From contig OZ246001.1 of the NCBI GenBank assembly GCA_965230295.1, positions 2,144,001-2,208,000 of the forward strand: a DNA stretch of 64,000 nucleotides, in the 5' to 3' direction. Every line of letters begins with the position of its first letter. The stretch's first letter is position 1. The DNA is from Marinicella sp. Its GTDB lineage: Bacteria; Pseudomonadota; Gammaproteobacteria; Xanthomonadales; Marinicellaceae. The notes beneath the pieces were generated by a model that saw nothing but the letters and a program-made list of their open reading frames with translations, did not search any database and was not told the origin of the DNA. The translations under genes and the position numbers were made by a program. Positions 43,162 to 54,065 of the stretch are shown here, one piece after another.

Positions 43162-44415
43162 TCAGCCATCAATCTTGGCATGATCTTTGAATTTAATTTT
43201 CCACAGTTTAATGGTGATGGGAACTGTAATGTTCAATAAGAATGCCGTAATCATTAAGGTATAAAAGACTTCCAAAGTGAAAATCTGGTATTGAACAAAA
43301 GCAATGTTCATCACCACAAATGCCAACTCAGCGCGGCCTAACATGCCAAAACCAATCATCCAACTGTCCGGCCAGGAAAATTTACCCGTGTAATGGGCGG
43401 CCAAGCCAGCGGATAAAATTTGTCCAACAAACAAGCTGATAAACAACAAGATGGCTTCAGGTAATACACCCAACAGCATATCGGCATCGAATACCAAATG
43501 GGTACCCATGGTGACAAAAAATACCGGGCCAATCCAGGTGAAGGCCACGTTATCGATGATTTCTCGAGCTTGTTGGTAATAGTCTTTCTCGTGTTCCTGG
43601 TGGAAATCAAAATACTCAGATCGAATCACCAAGCCTGCCATATAGGCGCCAATGGCTGGATGGAAGCCAAATTCATGTGCCAACAAGCCTACCGAAACAG
43701 CAATCAGCAACAAAGAAAGTATGGTGTATTCACCATAACCCATTGACAACACCCGGCGCAGGTTGATGTGTCCAATCAATGGGATTTTTTTCACCCAACC
43801 CGTACTGGTTGGAAACAGCCATTTACCAATGATGACCACAATCAAGAAGAAGGCAACGGCTTTACCCAAAATCAGGCTGATGCCAGCCACACTGAGGGTT
43901 CCTTCGCCGGCAGCAATGGGTACCAAAATAGCCACCAAGGCCAGTGATGCGATGTCATCCAATACTGCTGAAGTCATGATGCCGGTGGCTGCTGGCGTGG
44001 TGTTGAGGCCTTCTGATTTCAGTGAAACCATGGTCAGTGACACTGCAGTGGCTGTCATGGCCAGACCAACCAACAAGGCTATGCTGGCGTCGTTCCAATA
44101 CCACCATGCCAAAGTATAAGCAATGGTGAAGGGCGCCAAGGCGCCGAAAAATGCGATGCCCCACGAACGTTTGATGCTGGTGACAAATTTATTGACGTTT
44201 TCTTCAAAGCCCAATGCAAACATGATGATAATGATGCCCAGTTCTGACATGTCCTTGATGAAGGTGGGTAATTCTCCGGGTAAAATGCCAAAATTGGCCA
44301 TCAAAGTACCAAAAAACAAATACCAAAGAACGGGTGTCAAGCGGCTGATATGAGCCATCCAGGCGGCAAAAAACACACTGACCCAGATGATGGCCAGTAA
44401 CATCAAATCATGCAT
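43162..44415 (-). CDS. cation:proton antiporter (CPA2 family)
   Basis: About 12 TM segments, ATAVSLT, AVLDDI, FHP.IGAY.AG, GRAELA. Confidence 0.88.
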   Translation of the reverse strand: MHDLMLLAIIWVSVFFAAWMAHISRLTPVLWYLFFGTLMANFGILPGELPTFIKDMSELGIIIIMFALGFEENVNKFVTSIKRSWGIAFFGALAPFTIAYTLAWWYWNDASIALLVGLAMTATAVSLTMVSLKSEGLNTTPAATGIMTSAVLDDIASLALVAILVPIAAGEGTLSVAGISLILGKAVAFFLIVVIIGKWLFPTSTGWVKKIPLIGHINLRRVLSMGYGEYTILSLLLIAVSVGLLAHEFGFHPAIGAYMAGLVIRSEYFDFHQEHEKDYYQQAREIIDNVAFTWIGPVFFVTMGTHLVFDADMLLGVLPEAILLFISLFVGQILSAGLAAHYTGKFSWPDSWMIGFGMLGRAELAFVVMNIAFVQYQIFTLEVFYTLMITAFLLNITVPITIKLWKIKFKDHAKIDG

Positions 44416-44522
44416 TGTTGCTCTCACTTTTAATTGTTCACAATCATTGTAACCTGATCCAGCGGTGGATAGAAAAGGAATTGTTGTCAGTTAATCAAGA
44501 CTTTGCATGACTTTGACTTTGA

Positions 44523-45833
44523 TCAAATTTGGTCAATCAAAATGGATATTTCCTGTTGGGGTTTCTGACTGATGGTGAAGCATTTGCGCAATTTTTTCTT
44601 GGCCTGAATCAAGTCTTGTTGGCTGTTGGCGTGAACCATGGCAATGGGTGTCTGGGGGTCAACTTGTTCACCCACTTTAAGTATTTGTGAATAACCCACT
44701 GAAGCATCTATCTCGTCTTCACTGTGGGTGCGCCCACCACCCAAATCGATGATGCTCAATCCCACTTGTCGACAGTCAATGTCGCTGATGTAACCACTTT
44801 GCGCGGCAAAAACAGGTTCCACAATGTCAGCCTGAGGTAGGTATTTTGCAGGGTTTTCCACTAAATCATTCGGACCACCATGAGCGGCCACCATTTGTGC
44901 AAATTTTTCTGCGGCTTGTCCACTGGAAATGGCATGAAACACCTGTAGCTTGGCATCGTTGATGTCACCGGCTAATTTGCCAATCAACAGCATTTCTGCA
45001 GCCAGGTTGACCACCAACTCATTCAGCGCGATGTCATTGGGTGGTTGTTTCAAGTAATCGATGGCTTCTTGTACTTCCAGACTGTGACCAGCCGTGTGGC
45101 CAATCACTTGGTTCATGTCAGTGATCAAGGCTTTGGTCGGAATGGGAGAAACACGAATGATGTTTTTGGCCAAATCCTGGGCCATGATGAAATCACTGGC
45201 AAAGGCACCGCTGCCACATTTGATGTCCATCACCAGGCCATCAAGCCCAGCGGCCAATTTCTTGGACAGGATTGATGCGGTGATCAATGGAATGCTGTCC
45301 ACTGTGGCCGATATGTCCCGGGTGGCATAGATGCGCTTGTCTGCAGGGGCCAAGTTACTGGTTTGGCCTATGATCGAACAACCCAACTTGGCGACCATTC
45401 GTTTGAAGTCGTCCACTGCTATTTGGGTGTTGTAACCAGGGATGGCCTCCAGTTTATCCAGCGTTCCGCCAGTGTGTCCCAATCCCCGACCGGAAATCAT
45501 CGGGACATAGCCACCACAAGCAGCGACGATGGGCGCCAACATCAATGAGATTTTATCACCCACCCCCCCAGTAGAATGTTTGTCAATCACTGGGCCATTG
45601 AGTTTCATGTCCTGCCAGCTTAACACTTCACCCGATTGTTTCATCAGTTGGGTCAGGGTCCGACACTCTGCCACGGTCATGTGTTGGAAATAGATGGCCA
45701 TGGTGAGGGCGGCAATTTGGGTTTCACTGATGCTGTTATCAGTGATGCCTGTGACGAAAAACTCCAGCTCTTCGGTGCTCAATTCAAAGCCATCTCTTTT
45801 TTTCTTGATGATTTCTTGTGGCAGAAAATTCAT
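44523..45833 (-). CDS. deoA: thymidine phosphorylase
   Basis: [51 protein letters not shown]. Confidence 0.94.
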   Translation of the reverse strand: MNFLPQEIIKKKRDGFELSTEELEFFVTGITDNSISETQIAALTMAIYFQHMTVAECRTLTQLMKQSGEVLSWQDMKLNGPVIDKHSTGGVGDKISLMLAPIVAACGGYVPMISGRGLGHTGGTLDKLEAIPGYNTQIAVDDFKRMVAKLGCSIIGQTSNLAPADKRIYATRDISATVDSIPLITASILSKKLAAGLDGLVMDIKCGSGAFASDFIMAQDLAKNIIRVSPIPTKALITDMNQVIGHTAGHSLEVQEAIDYLKQPPNDIALNELVVNLAAEMLLIGKLAGDINDAKLQVFHAISSGQAAEKFAQMVAAHGGPNDLVENPAKYLPQADIVEPVFAAQSGYISDIDCRQVGLSIIDLGGGRTHSEDEIDASVGYSQILKVGEQVDPQTPIAMVHANSQQDLIQAKKKLRKCFTISQKPQQEISILIDQI

Positions 45834-46654
45834 GAGTACAAATGATCCAAAAAGCCATTAATAAGGATTTGCACTTTGGCCGCGGCTTTGGGTGCGTATT
45901 CTAAAGTTTGTTCGTGACTGAGACGGGCATCGTCCATGCCAGCGCCATAGTTGGTGATGATCGACATGGCAGCCACTTTCATGTCGTGATATCTGGCCAG
46001 GATGGTTTCAGGTACCGTAGACATGCCCACGGCATCAGCACCCATCATGCGAATGGCGCGAATTTCAGCCGGTGTTTCAAATTGTGGTCCGACCATCCAC
46101 GCGTACACGCCTTGGGCCAGGTGGATGTCGTTTTTTTCTGCAATCTGACGTAAATGGTAACGGTATTGTGCATCATAGGCTTTACCCATGTTGACAAAAC
46201 GGCGATCATCAGGAACCCCGAACAAGGGCGATTGACCGGTGAAGTTGATGTAGTCCTTGATCAACATCACTGAGCCAGGTGGTGAATTAAGCAGTGACCC
46301 TGCGGCATTGGTGAGGATCAAGGTTTCAACTCCCATGGCTTTTAAAGTCGCAATCACGGGTGCCATGGCATTGGCTTCACCCTGCTCATAAAAGTGGATG
46401 CGGCCATTCAAGATGATCAATTGGTGACCATTCATTTGGGTCAGCAGCATAGAACCAGAGTGTCCGGCGACACTGGGTTCTGGAAAGCCTGGAATTTCAC
46501 TGTATGGAATGTCAGCCAGAATTTCGGCTTTTTCAGTCACCGAACCCAAGCCTGAGCCCAGGATCATCGCAACTTTGGCATGGTAACCAGACATCTGGTT
46601 ACTGATCATTGCAGCTGCCTGAACAGCCTGTTGTTCTGCTGGGTTATTCGCCAT
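45830..46654 (-). CDS. purine-nucleoside phosphorylase (trimeric PNP I / XapA type)
   Basis: [36 protein letters not shown]. Confidence 0.93.
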   Translation of the reverse strand: MANNPAEQQAVQAAAMISNQMSGYHAKVAMILGSGLGSVTEKAEILADIPYSEIPGFPEPSVAGHSGSMLLTQMNGHQLIILNGRIHFYEQGEANAMAPVIATLKAMGVETLILTNAAGSLLNSPPGSVMLIKDYINFTGQSPLFGVPDDRRFVNMGKAYDAQYRYHLRQIAEKNDIHLAQGVYAWMVGPQFETPAEIRAIRMMGADAVGMSTVPETILARYHDMKVAAMSIITNYGAGMDDARLSHEQTLEYAPKAAAKVQILINGFLDHLYS

Positions 46655-49001
46655 AGGGTGTCCAGATGTTTTTGACTTGTGAAGCCTGGCGCAGAAATTC
46701 TTGGCCTTGTCCTGCTTTGAGCCAGTCTATTGGTGCTTGTTGGACCCAGGTGCGTTTTAAATTGGTGGCCGATTCCCGTTCTGTGGTCTCGCTGTCACCG
46801 CCAAAGGCCCAAATGGCATCCACATTCATGTGGCCGGCCAGTGGCTTGGCCAATTCTGCTTGGTTGCCACTGATGATATTGACCGTACCAGCCGGCACAT
46901 CAGAAGTGTTCAACACTTGATAAAAATCCAGGGCTGGTAGTGGGAAGTTTTCGGCGGCAGTCATCACCACCCGGTTACCCATCGCCATGGCAGGGGCCAA
47001 TAATGAAATGAAACTGAGTAAGGGCGCTTCATTGGGGCATTGGATACCAATCACCCCAATCGGTTCATGCATGGCCATGGCCACACCTCGCAGTGGCACG
47101 CTGTGAACTTGTCCATCGTATTTATCGCACCAGGCGGCGTAATAACTTAATCGTTGAATGGCTGCTTCAACTTCAGTTTCTGCTTGTTTTTTACTGTGTC
47201 CATAAGACATCAATCGATCGATGAATTCAGCCTGACGATAGGTCAGGTTTTCCGCCATAAAATACATCACCTGTTGTCTTTGGTAGGCATTCATCTGTGG
47301 CCAGGCTTTACTGCTGGCAGCTGCTTCTACGGCATTTCGGATGTCTTTGCGATTGCCTAAACCGGCATGGGTGATCAGTTGGCCTTTGTGGTTGTGAATG
47401 GCATAGGAATAGCCACCATCCGGACGCGCTTGTTTGCCGCCGATGAACATTTTGGGCGTTTTGTCCATGCCCTGAACGGGTTCAATCGCCTGGTTGGTTT
47501 GTTTTGTAGATACTTTGGTTTGCTTGGTTTTACCGGTTGTTAACTGCAGGTATTCATACAAGCCTTCTTTACCACCTTCGCGACCAAAACCTGACTCTTT
47601 GACACCACCAAATCCAGCCGAGGCATCAAACAGGTTGGTGCAGTTGATCCACACCACACCAGCCTGAACCAAGGGAGCCAAATGCATCGCCATGTTGATG
47701 TTTTCGCTCCAGATACTGGCAGCCAAGCCATACCTTGAATTGTTGGCCAAAGCCACCGCTTCACTGGGTGTTCGGAAAGTCATTGAAACCAGCACAGGGC
47801 CAAAAATTTCATCTTGAACCACTTGATCGGAAGGAGAGACATCGGTCAATAATGTGGGAGGGTAAAAACACCCTTGTTTGGGCAAAGCGGTCTTGGATTG
47901 AGTCAAGCAAGCACCAGCATCCACCCCTGCTTGCACCAAAGTGGCAATTTTTTGTTGTTGTCTGGGGTCAATGATGGCACCCATATCAATGGATTTGTCC
48001 AGTGGATCGCCCAAGCGCAGTTTATTCATGCGGCTGATTAATTTTTTATGAAAGCGTACAGCTACGGCCTCTTGTACCAACAGTCTTGATCCAGCACAAC
48101 ACACTTGGCCCTGATTGAACCAGATGGCATCTACCACACCTTCAACAGCGGCATCCAGGTCGGCATCTGCACACACTATGAAAGCTGATTTACCACCCAA
48201 TTCCAAAGACAATTTTTTACCGCTGCCAGCAGTGGCTTGTCTGATCCAGCGGCCCACTGCAGTGGACCCGGTAAAAGCAATTTTTTTGATGTCCGGGTGT
48301 TGCACAATGTGTTGACCCGTTTGACCATCTCCGGTAACCACATTCAGCACACCTTTAGGTAAACCAGCCTGTTGACAGATCTCAGCAAACAACAGGGCTG
48401 TTAAAGAGGTGAATTCTGCCGGTTTGATGACAATGGTGTTGCCTGTGGCCAGAGCCGGCGCTATTTTCCAAGCCAACATCAGCAGCGGGAAATTCCAGGG
48501 GATGATCTGACCCACCACACCCAGTGCTTCATGGTCAGGTAATTCTGTGTCCAGTATTTGTGCCCAACCGGCATGGTGGTAGAAATGACGTACTGCCAAT
48601 GGCACGTCAATGTCTCGGCTTTCGCGGATTGGTTTACCGTTGTCGAGGGTTTCAAGCACCGCAAACAATCTGGAGTTTTTTTGGATCAATCGGGCAATGG
48701 CGTAGAGGTATTCACCCCTTGTATGACCGGATAATGCTTGCCATTTGGGCAGGGCTTTCTCAGCAGCTTTTACGGCTTCATTAACGGTTTTTTCATCGGC
48801 TTGTGCAACTTTGGCCAATAACTTACCAGAGGCGGGGTTGTTGCTGGCAAAATGCTTTTTACCTGCTTGCCATTCACCGCCTATGAAATGCTGCATTTTA
48901 TTGTTATGCTGAGCCAGCCAGTCAAGGGCCAGGTCAGGTGATTCAGGTGCTTTGCCGTAGTCCATGTTTTCGAATATGTCTTTGATGTTCATTGTTGTCA
49001 T
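46644..49001 (-). CDS. ALDH16-type aldehyde dehydrogenase (full ALDH plus a truncated second ALDH fold)
   Basis: PWNFPL, FTGST, LELGGKS, NQGQVCCAGS, EIFGPV, then a second partial ALDH module (KMFIGGKQARPD...KNIWTPYGE). 785 aa. Confidence 0.9.
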   Translation of the reverse strand: MTTMNIKDIFENMDYGKAPESPDLALDWLAQHNNKMQHFIGGEWQAGKKHFASNNPASGKLLAKVAQADEKTVNEAVKAAEKALPKWQALSGHTRGEYLYAIARLIQKNSRLFAVLETLDNGKPIRESRDIDVPLAVRHFYHHAGWAQILDTELPDHEALGVVGQIIPWNFPLLMLAWKIAPALATGNTIVIKPAEFTSLTALLFAEICQQAGLPKGVLNVVTGDGQTGQHIVQHPDIKKIAFTGSTAVGRWIRQATAGSGKKLSLELGGKSAFIVCADADLDAAVEGVVDAIWFNQGQVCCAGSRLLVQEAVAVRFHKKLISRMNKLRLGDPLDKSIDMGAIIDPRQQQKIATLVQAGVDAGACLTQSKTALPKQGCFYPPTLLTDVSPSDQVVQDEIFGPVLVSMTFRTPSEAVALANNSRYGLAASIWSENINMAMHLAPLVQAGVVWINCTNLFDASAGFGGVKESGFGREGGKEGLYEYLQLTTGKTKQTKVSTKQTNQAIEPVQGMDKTPKMFIGGKQARPDGGYSYAIHNHKGQLITHAGLGNRKDIRNAVEAAASSKAWPQMNAYQRQQVMYFMAENLTYRQAEFIDRLMSYGHSKKQAETEVEAAIQRLSYYAAWCDKYDGQVHSVPLRGVAMAMHEPIGVIGIQCPNEAPLLSFISLLAPAMAMGNRVVMTAAENFPLPALDFYQVLNTSDVPAGTVNIISGNQAELAKPLAGHMNVDAIWAFGGDSETTERESATNLKRTWVQQAPIDWLKAGQGQEFLRQASQVKNIWTPYGE

Positions 49002-49010
49002 AATAGCCTG

Positions 49011-49964
49011 TTAGCCCATCGCATGGCGGTGTGCCGCTGAATAATGTCCGGTGACTTGGTGTTCCAATTGGCGTTCTATGTCACCCAATAAGCTGGAGGC
49101 TCCAAAGCGAAACAGCTCAGGTTGTAACCAGTCATTGCCTAATTCTTCTTTCATCATTGATAAATAAACCAGTGCCTCTTTGGCTTTGCTGATGCCACCG
49201 GCCGGTTTGTAGCCCACTTGATAGCCAGTGCGCTCATGGTATTCACGAATTTGTCTGATCATGGTCAGGGATACGGGCAGGGTGGCATTGACCGACTCTT
49301 TCCCGGTTGATGTTTTGATGAAATCTGCCCCAGCCATCATACAGACCATAGATGCCTTGGCCACGTTTCGCAAAGTGGATATTTCCCCAGTCGACAAAAT
49401 GGTTTTCATGTGTGCATCTCCACAGGCTTCACGGTAGGCTTTCACTTCGTCATAAAGGGCTTGCCAGTTTTCTGCAAACACATGCTTTCTGGTGATCACG
49501 ATGTCAATCTCATCGGCACCCGCTTTAACCGATTCTTTGATTTCTTCGATTTTTAAATGCAATGGTGATAAGCCAGCTGGAAAACCGGTAGATACCGCTG
49601 CCAAATGGATGTCCGTTCCTTCAAGCGCCTTGGCAGCTGTGGTGAGCATGTCGTGATAAACGCAAATGGCACCTGTGGTCAATTGCAGATCGGCAATACC
49701 CAAAGCTTCGGCCAGGTCATGTCTGATGGGGTTTTTGGCTTTGGCACACAAACGCTTGACCCTAAGCTCGGTGTCATCGCCAGCCAAGGTGGTCAAGTCG
49801 ATTAAGGTGATGGCTTTAAGCAACCAGGCCACCTGGTTTTGTTTTTTCACACTGCGGCGCGTACCCAGGGTAGCGGCTCGCCGTTCTGTGGCACTTTTGT
49901 TCACTTGAATGGACTCGATCCAATCCATATTCAGGTCCATGCCTGGATTTCTCTCAATAGTCAT
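49011..49964 (-). CDS. deoC: deoxyribose-phosphate aldolase (long, eukaryote-like form)
   Basis: IDLTTLAGDDT, VSTGFPAG, GADEIDIVI, GADFIKTSTGK, KPAGGI, RFGASSLL. Confidence 0.95.
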   Translation of the reverse strand: MTIERNPGMDLNMDWIESIQVNKSATERRAATLGTRRSVKKQNQVAWLLKAITLIDLTTLAGDDTELRVKRLCAKAKNPIRHDLAEALGIADLQLTTGAICVYHDMLTTAAKALEGTDIHLAAVSTGFPAGLSPLHLKIEEIKESVKAGADEIDIVITRKHVFAENWQALYDEVKAYREACGDAHMKTILSTGEISTLRNVAKASMVCMMAGADFIKTSTGKESVNATLPVSLTMIRQIREYHERTGYQVGYKPAGGISKAKEALVYLSMMKEELGNDWLQPELFRFGASSLLGDIERQLEHQVTGHYSAAHRHAMG

Positions 49965-50050
49965 GTTGGCTATTTTACAACAATTCAGTAATTCCCTTGC
50001 GACTTGATTAAATTATGATGTCATAATGGTGTTTTTAGTTGGAGGATATT

Positions 50051-50398
50051 ATGGTTCAACCCATCGTGTTTTTCGATATTGCTGGTGAAGATGATGCATC
50101 TTTACAGCAATTTTATGCACAGGTGTTTGATTGGCAACTGGATGAAACGGGGCAAATTTCGGTGCCCATCAATTCACCGATCAATGGGGCATTTCGCAAA
50201 GACCCAACAGAAAAGCGTATTTACATTGGGGTGCCAGATATTGATGCCACTTTAAAGCAGATCAGTGATTTGGGCGGTACCATAGATGCATCGAGGTTCG
50301 AAGTACCAGGCGTGGTCGTTTTGGGGTTGTTCAAAGACCCTGCAGGCAATGAGATGGGCTTGGTAGAGCTGAATGGGGCAGATGTAAAGATCCCGTAA
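50051..50398 (+). CDS. VOC/glyoxalase family protein
   Basis: VFFDI, FY..VFDW, Y.GV.DID, GG, F.DPAGN.MGL.E. RBS GGAGG. Confidence 0.85.
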   Translation: MVQPIVFFDIAGEDDASLQQFYAQVFDWQLDETGQISVPINSPINGAFRKDPTEKRIYIGVPDIDATLKQISDLGGTIDASRFEVPGVVVLGLFKDPAGNEMGLVELNGADVKIP

Positions 50399-50515
50399 AT
50401 TGACTTGAATAGAACGTTTGAAACTCATGAATTTGTGATTCAGTGCATAAAAATGGCCGTTTGACTGTTGTTAAGATGGGCGCAAAATATAACAACAAAA
50501 CAAGAGGGCCTGTCC

Positions 50516-50743
50516 ATGAAAAAATTAAAATTGCATGTTGTCGAATCTGCTGAACAGCCACCCACATGCCCCATTGCATTGGCTCAGGTGATTGATTCAA
50601 CCGATCAAAAAGACACCATTGACCACCAGGATATCCGTTCTTTGACCCAATTGATTTTGCGGGTCAGGCCAGAACATGTGGATGAAGCTCTTCAAGCCAA
50701 AATGGCTGCCATCATGCAAAAGGTCAGGGCCCAAACAGCCTGA
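50516..50743 (+). CDS. small hypothetical protein (75 aa)
   Basis: RBS GAGG before ATG 50516. Fills the intergenic space. No family recognised. Confidence 0.55.
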   Translation: MKKLKLHVVESAEQPPTCPIALAQVIDSTDQKDTIDHQDIRSLTQLILRVRPEHVDEALQAKMAAIMQKVRAQTA

Positions 50744-50758
50744 AAAGATGCTGAGGCA

Positions 50759-51130
50759 TCATTCATCAAACAATGAGCCCGGGCCAGGGTAGGTCAGAAT
50801 ATACTCAATGTCTGTCACTGACTGCCGCCAGCGATGGATTAATAATTGACGCTTTTCTTCCCCTGCATCGGAAAGTTGATAGTACTTTCTGGGTCTAGAG
50901 TCACCTTCTATTAACCACTCAGCCTCGACCAAACCGTCCCGTGTTAGGCGATCAAGCAATGGATACAAGGTGCCTTCTGAAATTTGCATGGAATCAAATT
51001 GATGCAAAGATTTCAGCAGTTCCAAGCCATAAATTTGCCTATCCTTTAAAATAGCCAGCACGACCAGTTCCAGTGTTCCTTTGCGGAGTTGCGCGTCCCA
51101 CTTAGTGTCGTCAATTTCATCTATAACCAT
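50759..51130 (-). CDS. PadR-family transcriptional regulator
   Basis: QLRKGTLEL.VL, YG.EL, EGTLYPLL.RL, RPRKYY.L...G. Confidence 0.92.
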   Translation of the reverse strand: MVIDEIDDTKWDAQLRKGTLELVVLAILKDRQIYGLELLKSLHQFDSMQISEGTLYPLLDRLTRDGLVEAEWLIEGDSRPRKYYQLSDAGEEKRQLLIHRWRQSVTDIEYILTYPGPGSLFDE

Positions 51131-51176
51131 GGATAAAATAATAATATGTAATGAATATATAAATAATAAAACATAT

Positions 51177-51195
51177 TACATGGTTATGCAAGGTA
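51177..51195. promoter_or_regulatory. putative PadR operator (imperfect palindrome)
   Basis: TACATGG-TTATG-CAAGGTA about 50 bp upstream of the padR start. Confidence 0.4.
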
Positions 51196-51236
51196 TAAGG
51201 TTAATTCGCCCGATGTGAGGATATATGGTGGGGTTA

Positions 51237-51737
51237 CTACAAACAATAAGTTTTGATCACTTTTTCTAAACGAGGGTATTTGTTCAGCATATGGTCTTTT
51301 TCTGCCAATTCAAAATCAGTAAACTCAAACCCAGGCGCCACTGTACAACCCACTAAAGCAAAGCCTTTTGGGTCGTCTACACTGGCAGCAAACCAATCCC
51401 CAGCTGAAACCACATGCTGAAATGATTGACCTTGATCCGGGTCGGGGCCGAGCTTCAGTTTTTGATAATCACCCTGTGGGTTGATGACATGGACGGTCAA
51501 GCTGGAGCCTTGATAAAAATGCCAAAGCTCATCCTGTTTGATGCGATGAAAGGCAGAAAAATTCGGTGCGTCCAGCAGGTAATATATGGCAGTTGAAAAA
51601 CAATGGTCTTGATCAAACCGCTCAGGCAAATCTTTGGCAGGCATACTTTCTTTGCACCGGTAAGTTTCTTTGAAGTAACCGCCTTCTGGATGAGGTTCTA
51701 GTTTTAAATAATCGATCCAGTATTGATACGTTTTCAT
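51237..51737 (-). CDS. cupin_5 (DUF985) protein
   Basis: L.PHPEGGYF.ETY, TAIYYLL, FHR...DELWHFY.G, ALVGCTVAPGFEF.DF. Confidence 0.92.
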   Translation of the reverse strand: MKTYQYWIDYLKLEPHPEGGYFKETYRCKESMPAKDLPERFDQDHCFSTAIYYLLDAPNFSAFHRIKQDELWHFYQGSSLTVHVINPQGDYQKLKLGPDPDQGQSFQHVVSAGDWFAASVDDPKGFALVGCTVAPGFEFTDFELAEKDHMLNKYPRLEKVIKTYCL

Positions 51738-51773
51738 CGTTGGTTCTTTACTTTGATTTCGCGCACTTTGACC

Positions 51774-51858
51774 CCGTACACTTCGACTCCGCTCAGGGTA
51801 CGGATGGTTCGTTGACTGAGTACTTCGACTGTGCTCAGCACAGGCTGCGTCGAAGTCA
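51774..51858. repeat. CTTCGAC-N4-CTCAG palindromic repeat cluster with a nested copy
   Basis: cttcgactccgctcag (51781-51796), and an inverted ctgag...gtcgaag (51816-51855) enclosing cttcgactgtgctcag (51823-51838). Confidence 0.7.
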
Positions 51859-51861
51859 TTG

Positions 51862-52893
51862 TCATGACAATTGCTCCAGACTCCACCTTGGATAGGCTTT
51901 GATCAAACTGTTCTGTTCAATGTGCTTATTGGCGAATCGCATGGCGCCAGCTACGGCAATCATGGCACCGTTATCGGTACAATATTTCAAGGATGGAAAG
52001 TACGATTTGAACCGGTGTTTTTGGCCCATCTTTGCAAGTGTTTCTCTTAAAGAAATGTTGGCACTGACACCGCCAGAAATAACCAACTCATGGTGGCCGG
52101 TTTGTTTGATGCCGCGTAAACATTTTTTACTTAAGGTGTCGATCACAGCCAATTGGAAACAAGCGGCAATGTCGGCTTTGAGTTGTTCAATCTCAGTTTC
52201 ATTTTTACAATGTTGTTTTTCTTGTTCGAACGTTACTCGGGTGTGCGTTTTCAAACCTGAGAAACTGAATGCCAAGCCCGGTCGATTCATCATGGGTCGG
52301 GGAAACTTAAAACGTGTGTCATCACCTTGTTCTGCCAATTCAGCTATGTAGCGACCACCTGGGTAAGGCAGGCCCAACATCTTGGCCGTTTTGTCAAAAG
52401 CTTCTCCGGCGGCATCATCCAGGGTGTCGCCTAAGATTTGATAGTCGCCTAAGCCCTGAACATCAACCAATAGGGTATGGCCACCTGAAACCAACAAGCA
52501 CAGAAAAGGGAAGCTGGGTTGATCTTCTTCCAACAAAGGCGCCATCAGATGACCTTCCATGTGGTGTACCTCTACGGCAGGTAGGTCCAAGGCCCAAGCC
52601 AAAGATTTACCCACGCAGGCGCCTACCAGTAATGCGCCGACCAAGCCAGGGCCGGCGGTGTAAGCCACTGCATCCAAATCTTGTGGCTTCAAACCAGCTT
52701 CTTCACAGGTTTGTTGAATCAAGGGCACGATTTTGATGACGTGATCCCGTGATGCCAGTTCGGGCACCACACCACCATATTGGGCATGCAATTCAATCTG
52801 GCTGTACAGTTGATCTGCGATCAAACCCTTTTCAGTATCGTAAATGGCGATACCGGTTTCATCACAAGATGACTCTATGCCCAGAATTTTCAC
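51862..52893 (-). CDS. tsaD: tRNA N6-threonylcarbamoyltransferase subunit TsaD
   Basis: [57 protein letters not shown] 52893 overlaps the upstream TGA. Confidence 0.97.
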   Translation of the reverse strand: MKILGIESSCDETGIAIYDTEKGLIADQLYSQIELHAQYGGVVPELASRDHVIKIVPLIQQTCEEAGLKPQDLDAVAYTAGPGLVGALLVGACVGKSLAWALDLPAVEVHHMEGHLMAPLLEEDQPSFPFLCLLVSGGHTLLVDVQGLGDYQILGDTLDDAAGEAFDKTAKMLGLPYPGGRYIAELAEQGDDTRFKFPRPMMNRPGLAFSFSGLKTHTRVTFEQEKQHCKNETEIEQLKADIAACFQLAVIDTLSKKCLRGIKQTGHHELVISGGVSANISLRETLAKMGQKHRFKSYFPSLKYCTDNGAMIAVAGAMRFANKHIEQNSLIKAYPRWSLEQLS

Positions 52894-53471
52894 TGTCCGT
52901 TCCAATGCGTGACCACATCTTCGAGCTTGGGTCGTTGTCGGTCTTGTGGTTTTTCATCGCATGAACCAATGTAGATATAACCCGCAATGAATTCGTTGTC
53001 TTGTAAACCCAAAGTATCCTGAGCTGTGGGGTCCAAACAGGACCACCCAGTCACCCATTGGCTGGCAAAGCCCAAAGAGCCTGCAGCGATGTTGATGTTC
53101 TGACAGACAGCGCCAGCCGATAATATTTGTTCGACTTCAGGGGTCCTGTGTTCAACAGGTGAAGCAATGACTGCAATAACCAATGGTGCCCGCATAAAAC
53201 AGTCTTTTTCAATATCAACTTGAATTTTTTCCATGGCTTCTTTGGCAGCTTTCACTGATGCCAGTTTTTCCCCAAATGATTTTCTGGCCTCGCCTTGTAG
53301 TATCAGGAATCGCCAAGGTTGCAATTTTCGGTGGTCCGGAACTCTGGTAGCTATGGTCAAAATGGTTTTCAGATCCTCAGCATCGGGACCGGGTTCCGTC
53401 ATGTTTTTAATCAACACGGAACGGCGATTAAGCATAAAGTCTGTTACTGATGGGTGGGTATTTCGGTTCAT
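52890..53471 (-). CDS. nitroreductase (YdjA-like)
   Basis: [35 protein letters not shown]. Confidence 0.9.
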   Translation of the reverse strand: MNRNTHPSVTDFMLNRRSVLIKNMTEPGPDAEDLKTILTIATRVPDHRKLQPWRFLILQGEARKSFGEKLASVKAAKEAMEKIQVDIEKDCFMRAPLVIAVIASPVEHRTPEVEQILSAGAVCQNINIAAGSLGFASQWVTGWSCLDPTAQDTLGLQDNEFIAGYIYIGSCDEKPQDRQRPKLEDVVTHWNGQ

Positions 53472-53610
53472 TGTTACTGTGTATAAATTTATTATTTCGC
53501 CAATTATAAATTATTGAGTCTGGAGTTGAACAATCAATTTGAAATCAATGCTGGTGTGATAAAATGTATTTGTGTTAACGATCAGATTGATCTGTGAGGA
53601 GTGAACATAC

Positions 53611-54060
53611 ATGATTGAACTACAGGGTGCATGTCAATGTGGACATGTTAAATTTGATGTCGCTGGCCAACCCAAATTTCGGATGCTGTGTCACTGCACC
53701 ATTTGTCAGGCTTTTAACCAAGCCCCGCATGCCGATGTTGTGGTGTTTAAAACAGCTCAAATTCAAACGCCATCATCCGATCATGTGACTTTCAAAACCA
53801 TGAAGCGACCGCCTAATGTGAAACGTGGTGCCTGTCTTCAATGCGGCCAAGCCGCCATTGAAGTGTTTGACATGCCTTTGTTCCCCAAATTAACCATGGT
53901 ACCTGCTGGTATGTTTGCTCATGCTGAAAATTTACCTGGCCCAGTGGCGCATATGTTTTATGAGTCAAGGATTTCAAACCATGATGATCACATACCGAAG
54001 TACCGTGGATTTCTGCGCAGCCAGCTGGTGTTTTTTAAATATTTATGGAAGGCCGGATAA
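53611..54060 (+). CDS. GFA/CENP-V family Zn-binding protein
   Basis: G.CQCG.V, CHCTICQ, R..CLQCG. Confidence 0.9.
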   Translation: MIELQGACQCGHVKFDVAGQPKFRMLCHCTICQAFNQAPHADVVVFKTAQIQTPSSDHVTFKTMKRPPNVKRGACLQCGQAAIEVFDMPLFPKLTMVPAGMFAHAENLPGPVAHMFYESRISNHDDHIPKYRGFLRSQLVFFKYLWKAG

Positions 54061-54065
54061 AGGAT

